The notes: a model not told the origin generated them from the letters alone. 64,000 bases of DNA from a virus (IMGVR_UViG_3300033121_001789:1-64000); one strand, 5' to 3'; shown: positions 26,982 to 38,014, counted from the first letter of the stretch. Program-made: numbers and translations.

Positions 26982-27695
26982 TTATACTGTTAAATTTAAA
27001 TATTGTTTTATTCTATTAACTGATAAATTATAATATTCCAAATTCTTCTCAATACATAGGAAATTTCTATTTGTCAAATAACAAGCTTCAGCTGTTGTCC
27101 CGGTCCCAGAAAATGTGTCTAAAATAGTATCACCTTCATTAGAATGTTTTTTAATCAAATCACAAATTAATTTAATAGGTTTTTGAGTAGGGTGATTCAA
27201 TCTTTCCTTACCATGACAAAGCGGATATCTATAAATTCCATTATCATATTCTGAGTTGAAAGTTGGATTTTTTCCTTTAACAAAAGTGAAGAAATATTCA
27301 CTCGCATTCGATAGATAGTTAGTTTTTGAATTAATTGGTGTTGGATTGGTCTTAACCCATTGAGCCACTCTAGGTTGTTTAAATTTATATTTTTTAGCCA
27401 AATCCTTGATAATATGAGACTTCCAAATATCATAAAAAATAATTAGAGTTCCTCCAGATTTTAAAACCCTATAATATTCGGAAAATAAGAAATCAAAATC
27501 AATATCAACATCCCAATCCCCAAAATCGATTGAATGATTAGAATACTTTGTTTTTATAAAATCTGAAGCATTATCCGAAACAATATTAAAATTAGACTTT
27601 TTAGATATGCCATATGGTGGATCAATTAATATTAAGTCAATAGATCCTGTTTTAATTTTTTTAATTTCATCAAAACAGTCAGCATTTATTATCAA
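26982..27695 (-). CDS. N6/N4 DNA methyltransferase (beta class)
   Basis: IDPPYG, HPTQKP, ILDTFSGTGTT. Confidence 0.92.
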   Translation of the reverse strand: MIINADCFDEIKKIKTGSIDLILIDPPYGISKKSNFNIVSDNASDFIKTKYSNHSIDFGDWDVDIDFDFLFSEYYRVLKSGGTLIIFYDIWKSHIIKDLAKKYKFKQPRVAQWVKTNPTPINSKTNYLSNASEYFFTFVKGKNPTFNSEYDNGIYRYPLCHGKERLNHPTQKPIKLICDLIKKHSNEGDTILDTFSGTGTTAEACYLTNRNFLCIEKNLEYYNLSVNRIKQYLNLTV

Positions 27696-27769
27696 TTTGA
27701 AAGTAATTTTTACTTATATATTACATAAAGACTTTCTTTATAGAAATATATAAAATAAAAATCCACTAA

Positions 27770-28540
27770 ATGAGTTTATCAAATATAGTTAAATCAATTC
27801 TTAATTTGCAAAAGAAAATTCATGTAAAAACTTTACCATCACAGGGACTCTTCTATAAAGATGATTTTGAACTATGGATAAAAAAAGCAGACGTAGCTGA
27901 TATTATTGAATATGAATATAAGTATGAAAGGGAAGATATTGGTCAAGTTATAGGAAGATTAAAAAAAATCGTTGAGAAAAATACTATTGTTAAAAACGGA
28001 TATTCCTATTCAGATATAAAGAGTGTTGATATAGTTTTCATTTTTTTTGAAATAGTTAAATTCACCAATAATAAAAAAATTGATATTAAATATTTCAATG
28101 ATAATATTGGAAAAGATGATATAATAACATTTGATTCATCAACTTTTAATTATACTAATATTGATGAAAAAACAATGAAAAAATATGATAATAAAACCAA
28201 AGAATTTGTAGTTGATGGATTTAGATACTCAATACCATCAATTGGAATTGAAAACTCGCTAACTCAATTCTTAATATCCAAATCTGAGACTGAAACAGCT
28301 GAAGAATATAACAAATATTCATATGACTTTTTGTATTTTTTAGGACATAAAACATATTTAAATTTTGATGAAATTGATAATTTAATACAAATATTTAACT
28401 CAGACATAAGCGACGATGATAAAAATAAAATCAAAAAGATTGTTAAATCGCTATCAAAAATAGGAAAATACTCACTAAAGAAAGATTCAAAAGTCATTGA
28501 TGTAACATCAAAGATTGATTTAGAAAAGATTTGGAAATGA
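27770..28540 (+). CDS. baseplate hub assembly-like protein (T4 gp26-like)
   Basis: LPSQGLFY N-terminal motif and D..FIF..I pattern. Confidence 0.45.
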   Translation: MSLSNIVKSILNLQKKIHVKTLPSQGLFYKDDFELWIKKADVADIIEYEYKYEREDIGQVIGRLKKIVEKNTIVKNGYSYSDIKSVDIVFIFFEIVKFTNNKKIDIKYFNDNIGKDDIITFDSSTFNYTNIDEKTMKKYDNKTKEFVVDGFRYSIPSIGIENSLTQFLISKSETETAEEYNKYSYDFLYFLGHKTYLNFDEIDNLIQIFNSDISDDDKNKIKKIVKSLSKIGKYSLKKDSKVIDVTSKIDLEKIWK

Positions 28541-28555
28541 TTTAATATATAAAAA

Positions 28556-29377
28556 GTGAAAATATCAAATTGGAAATCATTTATTGAATCTCTTCAAGAA
28601 AATCCCATATCTAATATAGATTTATATAATAAGAGAATGGAAGGATCATTAATAGACAAGTTATTTTTTATTAAAAAAATAAAATTTGATTCTATTGTTG
28701 ACTTTGGATGCGCTGATGGCATTTTACTCCAAAAAATCTCTGAAATAGACCCAAATATTAAGCTAATTGGATATGAAATAGATCCAGTCGAATTGGAAAT
28801 ATGTCAAAATAAATTAAAAAATAAGGCATTCATAACAGATAATTGGGCGGAAATTGCTGACAAAACCAAATATGATAAATCTCCAATACTTTGTCTAAGT
28901 TCTGTAATACATGAGGTATATTCATATGCATCAGATGATGTCTCAATAAATAGATTTTGGAATGAAAGAGTATTTGGAGGAATCTTCAAATACATTGTAA
29001 TACGTGACATGATAACATCTGATTCCATTGATGATGAAAAAGATTTTAAAAATGATGTAGATAAAATTAAAAGTAAATTCGACCCATCATATATAAAATC
29101 ATTTGAGAATATTTGGGGTAATTTAGAAAATAGCTACAAACAATTAACACATTTTCTTCTTAAGTATAATTATACAAATAATTGGCAAAGGGAGGTAAGA
29201 GAAAATTATTTTCCTATGACAATATCGGAGTTAAGAAGTAAAATACCATCAAATTATAGTATAGTATATGAAAAAAATTTCATTTTAAAATATATACTTG
29301 ATCAAGTTAGGAATGATTTTGGAATTGAACTAAGGTGTCCGACACATACAAAAATGATTATTAAACGAAATGATTAA
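28556..29377 (+). CDS. class I SAM-dependent methyltransferase
   Basis: IVDFGCADG, IGYEID, LSSVIHEVYSY, IVIRD. Confidence 0.8.
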   Translation: MKISNWKSFIESLQENPISNIDLYNKRMEGSLIDKLFFIKKIKFDSIVDFGCADGILLQKISEIDPNIKLIGYEIDPVELEICQNKLKNKAFITDNWAEIADKTKYDKSPILCLSSVIHEVYSYASDDVSINRFWNERVFGGIFKYIVIRDMITSDSIDDEKDFKNDVDKIKSKFDPSYIKSFENIWGNLENSYKQLTHFLLKYNYTNNWQREVRENYFPMTISELRSKIPSNYSIVYEKNFILKYILDQVRNDFGIELRCPTHTKMIIKRND

Positions 29378-30125
29378 ATCATTTAAAAAATTTAACGAGT
29401 CTGCAATATTCTTTGCAGAAAGTGATGAGTTTAAAAACGTTTTAAACAAACATAAAACTCCCAAAGATTTAATACATGATTATTTAATGGATATAACAGA
29501 TTCAAATGAGATAGAAGTTGGAAATCCGACAACATATTTAAAAAGAATAAATGAAAATTCATTTAATGTTCTAATGATAATTCGATTAAAAAAAATATAT
29601 AAAAACTTTTCATATGACCTTGATAAATATTTAAATTTAATTGAAGAGCAATCTGAAGATATAAAAGTCATAAAAAAATACTGCAATCTAATTTGCGAAC
29701 AAGAAGGATATAATGTGAAATACGAAAATATTTCTATACCATTTCTTGGTTCAGTGAATAATACAAAAGATGTTGGATATTTATACCTGGACGTAAAGTT
29801 TATAAAAACTATAAATAGTTCTGATTTGGATATTGCATATAAAAAGTATTTAAAATCCGATAATGAATATAAAAATGCATATCAATTGGTTGTCAAAAAA
29901 ATGGTAGAATCAGGAATTCCTGAGAATAATGTTGAAAATTTAATAGATATTCATCCTGAATATGATGAGATGGATATGATAATATTTGGATTTCTAACAA
30001 ATGATGAAATAATAGAAATCGCCGAGTATAACAAAAATACTAAAAAAATATTATTTGAAGAAAATGGTATTAAAAGATCCGTAAGAGATTATAAAAATGG
30101 GGATTGTGATCAATACATATTATAA
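29370..30125 (+). CDS. hypothetical protein
   Basis: MIKSFKKFNE start. Confidence 0.75.
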   Translation: MIKSFKKFNESAIFFAESDEFKNVLNKHKTPKDLIHDYLMDITDSNEIEVGNPTTYLKRINENSFNVLMIIRLKKIYKNFSYDLDKYLNLIEEQSEDIKVIKKYCNLICEQEGYNVKYENISIPFLGSVNNTKDVGYLYLDVKFIKTINSSDLDIAYKKYLKSDNEYKNAYQLVVKKMVESGIPENNVENLIDIHPEYDEMDMIIFGFLTNDEIIEIAEYNKNTKKILFEENGIKRSVRDYKNGDCDQYIL

Positions 30126-30892
30126 TGAAATATTTAAAAACATATGAATCAATGTTGTCCTTAGCGGCTGATATGTATTTCTCTAAATACGGAGATACAT
30201 TTACATCGCCAAATGATCCATTTAGGGTTGAATATTGCAATGTTACATTTCCAGATGAAAGAACTCTAACATTTAAAGTCATACGGGAGGATTACATGTC
30301 CGAAACTCTAAATTTGAGAATAGATATAATAGAAAATCGAAATGGTACTTTTAATCATATGCAAGATTTCTATCTGAAAGTTTACGGAACCAATATTCAA
30401 TTTGATTCACTAAATGAATATCGATTTGTAAGAAAATATCTTAATTCGATTGACCTCTTAGATACTAATTTTGATTCATATATCTATTCAGATACACATA
30501 ATGGTTGTTTTGACATCTCTACAAGAATAGTCAAGGAACCAAACTACTTTGGTAGAAACGGATTAATAGGTGAATACAATTATAATGTTATGCGTTCGAT
30601 TAAAGATATTATCAAATTAGATAATAAATGGAAAACAAATATTATTGATTTTATCGAGCATGGACTATACAAATCATATGAAATTTTAGACGATACTGAT
30701 AAAGATAAAGTAAGACCAATTGATATACAGGTTGAGTATTTTGGCAAGAATGTAGGTGTATCTGAATTATTATATCTATATCAAATTCTACGCGGATTTA
30801 AAAATAAAGAAATTCTTAAAAAGATTTTACAAATTGACACTCAATATATTGAAATTGATCTAATGTTGAAAATATTACAAGAAATTGTCTAA
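30125..30892 (+). CDS. hypothetical protein
   Basis: MKYLKTYE start. Confidence 0.75.
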   Translation: MKYLKTYESMLSLAADMYFSKYGDTFTSPNDPFRVEYCNVTFPDERTLTFKVIREDYMSETLNLRIDIIENRNGTFNHMQDFYLKVYGTNIQFDSLNEYRFVRKYLNSIDLLDTNFDSYIYSDTHNGCFDISTRIVKEPNYFGRNGLIGEYNYNVMRSIKDIIKLDNKWKTNIIDFIEHGLYKSYEILDDTDKDKVRPIDIQVEYFGKNVGVSELLYLYQILRGFKNKEILKKILQIDTQYIEIDLMLKILQEIV

Positions 30893-32277
30893 TCAATAAT
30901 AGCAGATGGTGGTGGATTTCGTTTTAATTTCCAGTGTTTAGATTCCCACTGTTTTATTTCTTCATCTAAACGAACTAAATCTTCTTTACTAATTTCGATA
31001 TTTCTCTCTAATTGGATAATCTCTTTTTTGGATTCCTCTATTTGAGATAGTTTCAGACTAATATCTTTTTTGTCTTCGATTAGACTTTCTTTTTCTTTTT
31101 CAATGTCCAATTTTATTTTCTCCAATTCGGCTCTTTCTGAATTTATCATCTCCTTCTCAAAAGAAATATCATTTTCCATTTTTTGAATTTTATCCTTTTC
31201 CAATTGAATTTTTTCTAACTTAGAATTTAAGTCTCCTAAATTAAAAGATAATTCTTTCTCTCTCTCTGAAAGTATTTTTTCCAATTCAGATTTTTTATTT
31301 TCATATTCTAACACTAATGTCTTCTCTTTATCCTCTATTTCTTTATTGAGATTATTTTTCTTATTTTCCATCTCATCCAATTCTGATTTAAGATCACTAC
31401 ACTTCTTTTCTAATTCGGATTCCTTTTTATTATAAATTTCAATTTTTTTATTAATTTCATCTAAAGCATCTGTTTTTTCTTTTTCTTTATTTTTATCTTT
31501 AAAAATAACATTAGCACCTACAACCAATGATACTGCTAATGGATCAAAGACCAACATCAAAGCAATTATAAACCAATTAACAACATCATCAACAGATCTA
31601 TTAGTAATTTTAGCTATATACTTTAAAGGACCTATATCACCCATAGCTTCAGAATTCGTTTCTAAATTTAATTTAGAAAGTTCTATACCGGATATAGAAT
31701 CAGTTAATGCTGTTTCCTTAATTGATAATTCATCTCTTCTTTTCTGACTCAAAGCTAATTGACCCTCAAAAGATTTTCGATTAGCGGAAGAAGAAGTAGT
31801 TGTTACTTTACCATTTTGCACACTTTGTTGAACATTATTAGATAATCCTTTAGTTAGATCTGTTATGTTATTATTTATGCTCTGCTTTTCTGCTCTAACA
31901 TCGGATAATTGTGTTTCAAATATTTTCTTCTTCATGTCCAATACCAAAACTTGCTTACTAACATTCTCAACTTGTGTTGAGGTTTTAGCATAAGCAGAAG
32001 ATAAATATCCATAAATACCAGCTGATGTAATTACCATTAGAACGAATATAGCAACAAAATAGTACGCCTTTAAATATCTATTTAATTTGTTCCAATATTG
32101 ATATAAAAGTGATGCTATAATGAGCTTAGCTATTTCCAATGAAGACATCATAATCATAACATTAACACTTGATCCTGAAAACATCTTTCCAATCCCGGTA
32201 ACAGAATAAAAAGCTGCCGATAAGGAAACAGATAAAGCTGATATTACAACTAAATATGGTAGTACTTTTTTTTCCAT
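30889..32277 (-). CDS. multi-pass membrane protein with long coiled coils
   Basis: SAAFYSVTG, LEIAKL, ITSAGIYGYLS, VFDPLAV; Glu/Lys-rich coiled-coil tail. Confidence 0.75.
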   Translation of the reverse strand: MEKKVLPYLVVISALSVSLSAAFYSVTGIGKMFSGSSVNVMIMMSSLEIAKLIIASLLYQYWNKLNRYLKAYYFVAIFVLMVITSAGIYGYLSSAYAKTSTQVENVSKQVLVLDMKKKIFETQLSDVRAEKQSINNNITDLTKGLSNNVQQSVQNGKVTTTSSSANRKSFEGQLALSQKRRDELSIKETALTDSISGIELSKLNLETNSEAMGDIGPLKYIAKITNRSVDDVVNWFIIALMLVFDPLAVSLVVGANVIFKDKNKEKEKTDALDEINKKIEIYNKKESELEKKCSDLKSELDEMENKKNNLNKEIEDKEKTLVLEYENKKSELEKILSEREKELSFNLGDLNSKLEKIQLEKDKIQKMENDISFEKEMINSERAELEKIKLDIEKEKESLIEDKKDISLKLSQIEESKKEIIQLERNIEISKEDLVRLDEEIKQWESKHWKLKRNPPPSAIID

Positions 32278-32615
32278 TAATTAATCTTTATTTTCTGTAA
32301 AATTGGAAATAACTCATCAGCAGCACACTCATCTCCATCCTTTAATATGACCAAAGTATCTTCTGGACTTATTTTATAAGATAAATCTTCCAAATTAACA
32401 TGGTCAAATTTACCTAATCTAACACCAAAAGGGTCATTTTGATTATACTTGTTAGGTATTATTATATAATCTAAATTAGAGTATTCATCACATACACCAT
32501 CCTCGTCTAATTTAGATTTATCTATTTTAAAAGATTTATCAATTTTATACAAAAAACCATTCAATTCAAAACTATCATTAGATGTTTTCATTGAAATCAG
32601 TGAATTTTTTAACAT
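32277..32615 (-). CDS. hypothetical protein
   Basis: ORF track; TAATATATA at 32642-32650. Confidence 0.65.
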   Translation of the reverse strand: MLKNSLISMKTSNDSFELNGFLYKIDKSFKIDKSKLDEDGVCDEYSNLDYIIIPNKYNQNDPFGVRLGKFDHVNLEDLSYKISPEDTLVILKDGDECAADELFPILQKIKIN

Positions 32616-32640
32616 TTCTCATTCTATTCTATTATTTTTA

Positions 32641-33819
32641 CTATATATTAATATATGTTTGTTTTTTATCAGACTCGACAAATAAGTTCCATTTTCTACC
32701 ATCAGAAAATGGAGTAATATCTATATCCTCATCATGACTATTTTTCCAAATTGAATGTCTTATGGCAATAAATCTATCATAGTCGATATCATAAACTAAA
32801 TAATATCCACTAATTTTCATTCCACCATACATATTGACATAATTATCAACATTATTATGACAATTGTTTTCTAAACAATTCGGCTTAACATTTAATTTGA
32901 TCTTTACAGGAATTTTACCAAATAGTTCTAAAACCTTAGAAAAATCATCTGATTTTTTTGGTAATCTGTAATTAGATATTAGTTTTTTTGGCAATTTAAG
33001 CAGATATTCACCAACTATACTTTCGATATTATCAAAATCATAGTAGGCAATTCTTAATAAATTTATTCCCACACTTTGACAAAAGTAGTTTTTCTTACAA
33101 TCATTTTCCTTTAAAATCTTAAACGATTCTAATCCACCCCAAACTTCAACCGGTTCAAAATGTTGTTTACCATCATACTCTATACATAAATTATAATCTG
33201 GTAAATAAAAATCAATTGGTAAATAGTTTTGATTTTTCAATCCTTCAAATTTCTTTTGATATTCATATTGAATTTTATTATCAATTAAATACTTCATTAT
33301 TCTCTCCTCACCTTTAGAAGATTTACACTTTGGACAACCTTGATTCTGATAGTGCGAAAAAGGTTCTTGTAAAAAAGAACCATGCTTCTTACAAATAATT
33401 TCTACATTTTCTCTTATAGATTTAAAATTAACTAATGAATAATCATACCTATCACCATGAACTTCTCTGAATTTATCTAAAACAGATTCTTGAGTGTGTT
33501 TTTCACATTCTGAACATTTTCTACATCCAGAACCTAAGATATGATTATAAGCATTTTGTTCAAATTCACCGTGTTCGGGACAAATTATAATAACATCAGA
33601 TTTAACAGAAACAAAATTAACTTTTGAATAGTCATATTTTGAATTGTGAACTTTATTAGATTCCATGATAAAACTTTCAATTGATTTGAAATCTCTTAAA
33701 AACTCACCATGATCCGGACAAATTATTCTAACTTTAATATCAGACCTTTTATATTCAACAAGTGAATAATCAAATCTATTTTTGTGAATTTTTTCACAAT
33801 TTTCTATAAATTTTAACAT
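32641..33819 (-). CDS. DUF723-repeat PD-(D/E)xK homing endonuclease with an extra C-terminal domain
   Basis: Three H..KYDYS.V....IICP.HG.F repeats; SKGE; IDFYLP...IEYDGKQH. Confidence 0.8.
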   Translation of the reverse strand: MLKFIENCEKIHKNRFDYSLVEYKRSDIKVRIICPDHGEFLRDFKSIESFIMESNKVHNSKYDYSKVNFVSVKSDVIIICPEHGEFEQNAYNHILGSGCRKCSECEKHTQESVLDKFREVHGDRYDYSLVNFKSIRENVEIICKKHGSFLQEPFSHYQNQGCPKCKSSKGEERIMKYLIDNKIQYEYQKKFEGLKNQNYLPIDFYLPDYNLCIEYDGKQHFEPVEVWGGLESFKILKENDCKKNYFCQSVGINLLRIAYYDFDNIESIVGEYLLKLPKKLISNYRLPKKSDDFSKVLELFGKIPVKIKLNVKPNCLENNCHNNVDNYVNMYGGMKISGYYLVYDIDYDRFIAIRHSIWKNSHDEDIDITPFSDGRKWNLFVESDKKQTYINI

Positions 33820-33858
33820 ATTTTATATTAAAATACAAGTTGCTCCTCAAGGTTTTTA

Positions 33859-34956
33859 TTAAAAGGAAAATTCATCCCAAGACTCTTCATCAACATCTTG
33901 CTTAAATGAACCCGAAATGTAACTTTGAATTTGGGTCTGCTGTGGTGAGTTTTGCACCTGTGTAGAACCACCAGTCCAAACATTAATCCAACTAATTGGG
34001 TTTTGTATTTTATCAAAAATTGGATCAAATCCAATAATTTTCATTCTATTATTCGTAAGCCACTTCATATATTGAATTAGTATTTCAGCATTCAATCCTA
34101 TCATAGATCCATCCTTAAAAAGATACTCTGCCCACTCCATTTCTTCCTTAGCCGCATCCTCATACATTTTTATAACAATATCCTCACAATCATCAACTAT
34201 TTTTTGAAACCCTTCCTCCCAATCTTCTTTCATTTGTTTTAAAATAAAAGAGGTAAATCCCATGTGTAAATTTTCATCTCTGTTAATAAGAGATATTATT
34301 TTGGCATTTCCTTCCATTTTCTTGTTTTGCGCGAAGCAATATGAACAAGCGAAGCTTACATAAAATCTAATTCCCTCAAGTATATTAATGGAAACCAAAG
34401 TTAAATATAATTTTTTCTTCTTATCATATTCACTATCTTCCGGAATTGAATTAATCAATTCATCATAATAATGAGTGACCGATGAGGCTCTTTTTAGAAT
34501 TTCTTCATCTTTCATTATTGAATCAAAAACATCACTCGGGTTTGAATAAATATTCTTTATTATGTAAGTATATGAATATGAATGTAGTGTCTCAAAAAAT
34601 TCCCAGGTTTTTGAAAATAATTCAACTTCTTGATTAGAGCAATATTCTAATAAATTAGATATTCCACGACTTTGTACAGAGTCTAATAGAATTTGATACC
34701 CGAGATTTTTTGTGAAAATAAATTTTTCATGTTCTGTCAAAGATTGAAAATCACCCTTATCTTTAGATAGGTTAACCTCCTCGGGTCTCCAAAAGTAGGA
34801 AATATGTTGCTTAAACATATTAAATATTTTCTCATAACGGAACTTGTCATACCTTTGGATACTCATCGAGGCAGAACCGAAAAAAAGGGGTGATTTAGTA
34901 AAATCGAGATCAGGTGATGTGTTTAATATATGTTTCATTTTATTCATTTTTATCAA
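33859..34956 (-). CDS. nrdB: ribonucleotide reductase class Ia beta subunit
   Basis: FWRPEEV, LLDSVQ, ETLHSYSY, LEGIRFYVSFAC, RDENLH. Confidence 0.97.
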   Translation of the reverse strand: MIKMNKMKHILNTSPDLDFTKSPLFFGSASMSIQRYDKFRYEKIFNMFKQHISYFWRPEEVNLSKDKGDFQSLTEHEKFIFTKNLGYQILLDSVQSRGISNLLEYCSNQEVELFSKTWEFFETLHSYSYTYIIKNIYSNPSDVFDSIMKDEEILKRASSVTHYYDELINSIPEDSEYDKKKKLYLTLVSINILEGIRFYVSFACSYCFAQNKKMEGNAKIISLINRDENLHMGFTSFILKQMKEDWEEGFQKIVDDCEDIVIKMYEDAAKEEMEWAEYLFKDGSMIGLNAEILIQYMKWLTNNRMKIIGFDPIFDKIQNPISWINVWTGGSTQVQNSPQQTQIQSYISGSFKQDVDEESWDEFSF

Positions 34957-36164
34957 TTAATTTGTTTCTTTTGTATATAAAAATTATTAAAAAGTTTCGT
35001 CTCAAAACTTCCAAACACCTTTTTATACTTATGTAATGTTATACCAATAAACTCACACAAATCTTTTCTACTAATAATTTCAGTTTCAATACCTGTGTCT
35101 AAGTCTTTTACAACAAATCTAAGACATTTGACTTCTCTTAGACTCTTATTTCTTTTATTTACAAAATCAATATCATTTTTATATTTTTCTGACATTGTTT
35201 TAGATTTTTTCTCTAATATTTTAGAAAGTTGTTCATCAGAAAACTCACTCCACATCTTTTTACTATTATCAGATACTTTATCCAAGAATTTATAATACTT
35301 TTCAACTAATTTAGATTCTTCATCTGATAATATTTCATTATTCTCACTTTTATTTAAAGCATTTTTAACTTTTTGACGATGTTCATTAGATGAATCTAAC
35401 ATTTTACTTAATAGGTAATCCCTATAATTTTTTTGAGTTTTATTATTCATTAAATTTGTCCAATATTCTCTCTTAGATTCAGAAATTCCATTTTTTTCAA
35501 CATTTGATAAGTTTTTCCAATATTCCTTTTTAGATTCTGAAATTTCTTTTTTCTTATCATCTGATAAATTTGCCCAATATCTTTTATTAGATTCTCTTAT
35601 TTTATTAATAATCTCATCATATCTATCATCATCTAAATTTGCCCAAAACTTCTTAGTATTTTCAGAATAATCAAAATTGTTATTAATAAGACCTTCTGAT
35701 ATATTTTTACATCTTTCCTTATATTCTTCGTCTGTAAGTTGCCATCCTTTTTTGGATGCTTCGGATTTTAATTTTTTAAGATTCTTTAAATCATCATCAC
35801 TAATATTTGAAATCTTTCTATTCCATGCCTTCTTATTGGCATTTGATAGAAAATTAAAAATTTCTTCTTTCTCTTCTTCACTTTTATTTGAATATATCTT
35901 TAGTCCTTTACCACCCGAACATAAATTATATCCAATATTTTTATCAGTAGAATTATACTTTTCAATCCAGTAAATTTCTTTTTCATTTAATTCATCAACT
36001 GAATCAGCTACATCAATTACTTCTTTCAGAAAATTTTCTTTACCATGTTTTTCTATAGCATTTTTCAAGAAAACACCAGAACCCAAATATTTAGGATCAT
36101 TATTTATACTTTGACCGATGTATATTTTACCATTAATCAAATTAGTCGTTTTGTAAATAATCAT
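34953..36164 (-). CDS. GIY-YIG (Seg-like) homing endonuclease
   Basis: IYKTTNLINGKIYIGQ...YLGSG...GYNL; repeated W.N(L)S.. helical units. Confidence 0.9.
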   Translation of the reverse strand: MIIYKTTNLINGKIYIGQSINNDPKYLGSGVFLKNAIEKHGKENFLKEVIDVADSVDELNEKEIYWIEKYNSTDKNIGYNLCSGGKGLKIYSNKSEEEKEEIFNFLSNANKKAWNRKISNISDDDLKNLKKLKSEASKKGWQLTDEEYKERCKNISEGLINNNFDYSENTKKFWANLDDDRYDEIINKIRESNKRYWANLSDDKKKEISESKKEYWKNLSNVEKNGISESKREYWTNLMNNKTQKNYRDYLLSKMLDSSNEHRQKVKNALNKSENNEILSDEESKLVEKYYKFLDKVSDNSKKMWSEFSDEQLSKILEKKSKTMSEKYKNDIDFVNKRNKSLREVKCLRFVVKDLDTGIETEIISRKDLCEFIGITLHKYKKVFGSFETKLFNNFYIQKKQIN

Positions 36165-36272
36165 AATGTTGTTTTTTCTTTTATATATTAAAAGAAAAAT
36201 ATGAAAAAAGTATAAAAATGATAGTTTTTGACTTTTTGAATATAATATATACTATAAAATGAAAAGTTAAAA

Positions 36273-36434
36273 ATGGAAAAGAGTAAAAAACAATTATGTA
36301 TATCTCTTGATAGAAAGTTATTCGACTTAATTGAGAAGAAATTTGATAATAGGTCGAAGTATATTGAATGGTTAATCTATCAAGATATGATAAAGAATAG
36401 TAATGATGAAAAAGTCAAAAAGATACTAATCTAA
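36273..36434 (+). CDS. ribbon-helix-helix protein, 53 aa (not in ORF track)
   Basis: MEKSKKQLCISLDRKLFDLIEKKFDNRSKYIEWLIYQDM. Confidence 0.7.
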   Translation: MEKSKKQLCISLDRKLFDLIEKKFDNRSKYIEWLIYQDMIKNSNDEKVKKILI

Positions 36435-36458
36435 TTAGTGAAAAAATAATATAAGTAT

Positions 36459-37259
36459 ATGGCAAGAAATAAGAAACATGAAAATGATAAATTTTACACC
36501 AAGCCACAAGTTGTTGATGAAATAATTTCTATTGTGGATGTAAGCGAATATGATTATATAATAGAGCCATCCGCTGGAAACGGATCTTTTTATAACAAAA
36601 TAAATTCAACTAACAAAGTAGGAATAGACTTAGTTCCAGAATGTTCGGAAATAATTCAATGCGACTGGTTTGATTTTAAACTAGACAAAGAATATAAAAA
36701 AATACTTGTAATTGGTAATCCACCGTTTGGGAAACAAGGATCATTGGCATTAAAATTTATCAAAAAGTGTGTGGATTTGAGAGTGGATACGATAGCTTTC
36801 ATACTTCCTAAATCATTCAAAAAGGATTCACTAAAAAATAAAATCCCACTTAATTATCATTTGATTAAGGAAATTGACCTACCAGATGATTCATTTACAC
36901 TCATGGGAAAGAGCTACTCTGTTCCTTGTGTATTTCAACTATGGAAAATATCTGAAACATCTCGAGCTATTTCGACTAGGAAGACTACTACAAAAATATT
37001 TGAGTTTGTGAAGAAAAATGAAAATCCGACAATTGCATTCAGAAGAGTAGGATTTTATGCAGGTAAAATATATACTGATTATACTTCAAAGTCGGAACAA
37101 TCACACTATTTTATCAAATGTGATAAGATAATATCAGATATAATTGAAAACTTAAAATGGGATCATAATAACACGGCTGGACCAAGAAGCATTGGAAAGT
37201 CAGAACTAATTGAAAAAGTTGAGAAGGTTATTTCCAATCAAGCAAAAGATTGTCTTTAA
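36459..37259 (+). CDS. N6-adenine DNA methyltransferase (gamma class)
   Basis: DKFYT, IIEPSAGNGSF, VIGNPPFG, IAFILP. Confidence 0.9.
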   Translation: MARNKKHENDKFYTKPQVVDEIISIVDVSEYDYIIEPSAGNGSFYNKINSTNKVGIDLVPECSEIIQCDWFDFKLDKEYKKILVIGNPPFGKQGSLALKFIKKCVDLRVDTIAFILPKSFKKDSLKNKIPLNYHLIKEIDLPDDSFTLMGKSYSVPCVFQLWKISETSRAISTRKTTTKIFEFVKKNENPTIAFRRVGFYAGKIYTDYTSKSEQSHYFIKCDKIISDIIENLKWDHNNTAGPRSIGKSELIEKVEKVISNQAKDCL

Positions 37260-37764
37260 TAACAAATTTTATAAAGTTATTTTTAGTTATACCACATTGT
37301 ATTCTTTTTTGCTTTTTGTGATCTCTCTTAAATCTCAAAGATATTATCGAGTCACCATACAAATTTGAATATTTTTCTCTAAATTCTCTCCAAATTTGAT
37401 CATCCTTTCTATCATTTGATATTAACTTCATATCATTTATCATAGATTCGATTATGGTTTTATCACCAAAATAACTTTGCCAAATATCAGACTTTATTAA
37501 AACCTTATACTCTTCAACAATATTGCTTTTAGATTTCTCCCAAAATCCAACATAAAGTATGAAATCTTGATCTACCTGTGTTTGTCTTCTGAAATCACCA
37601 AAGTCAATACTACCTTTCACTGAAATACACTTTATTGAGGCAGGCAAATTAGTACTTGTACAGACTGCGTCCCATTTACCTGTGTAATTAACATCTTCTT
37701 TAAGAAGTTCTCTTTGAATAATCTTTGATTGATAGTTAAATCCATGTATCTGTCTTTCAGCCAT
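37228..37764 (-). CDS. putative restriction endonuclease
   Basis: Converges on and overlaps the MTase; KWDAV...ASIK resembles a PD-(D/E)xK variant. Confidence 0.55.
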   Translation of the reverse strand: MAERQIHGFNYQSKIIQRELLKEDVNYTGKWDAVCTSTNLPASIKCISVKGSIDFGDFRRQTQVDQDFILYVGFWEKSKSNIVEEYKVLIKSDIWQSYFGDKTIIESMINDMKLISNDRKDDQIWREFREKYSNLYGDSIISLRFKRDHKKQKRIQCGITKNNFIKFVIKDNLLLDWK

Positions 37765-37828
37765 TTTATAAGTTTTAGTTTTTACTATATCAAAAAGTGG
37801 GTTAAAAGTTTATAAAACAAAAAAAACA

Positions 37829-38014
37829 CTAAAAGTCCTTTTTAGTGTCTTCCCCTCTCTCATTCATATCCCTACGAATAAGGTTTTCGATATATTTTGA
37901 TTTATTTTTGACCTTGTTGGTGTCTAAATAGTTCTCAAATATATCAAGTAATTCCTCATCTAATGTTAGAGAAAAGCTCTTTTTCTTTTTCTCTTCTGGT
38001 AATTTATGTCTCAT
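37829..38014 (-). CDS. ribbon-helix-helix protein
   Basis: KKKSFSLTLDEELL...NKSKYIENLIRRDM; similar to 36273-36434. Confidence 0.75.
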   Translation of the reverse strand: MRHKLPEEKKKKSFSLTLDEELLDIFENYLDTNKVKNKSKYIENLIRRDMNERGEDTKKDF

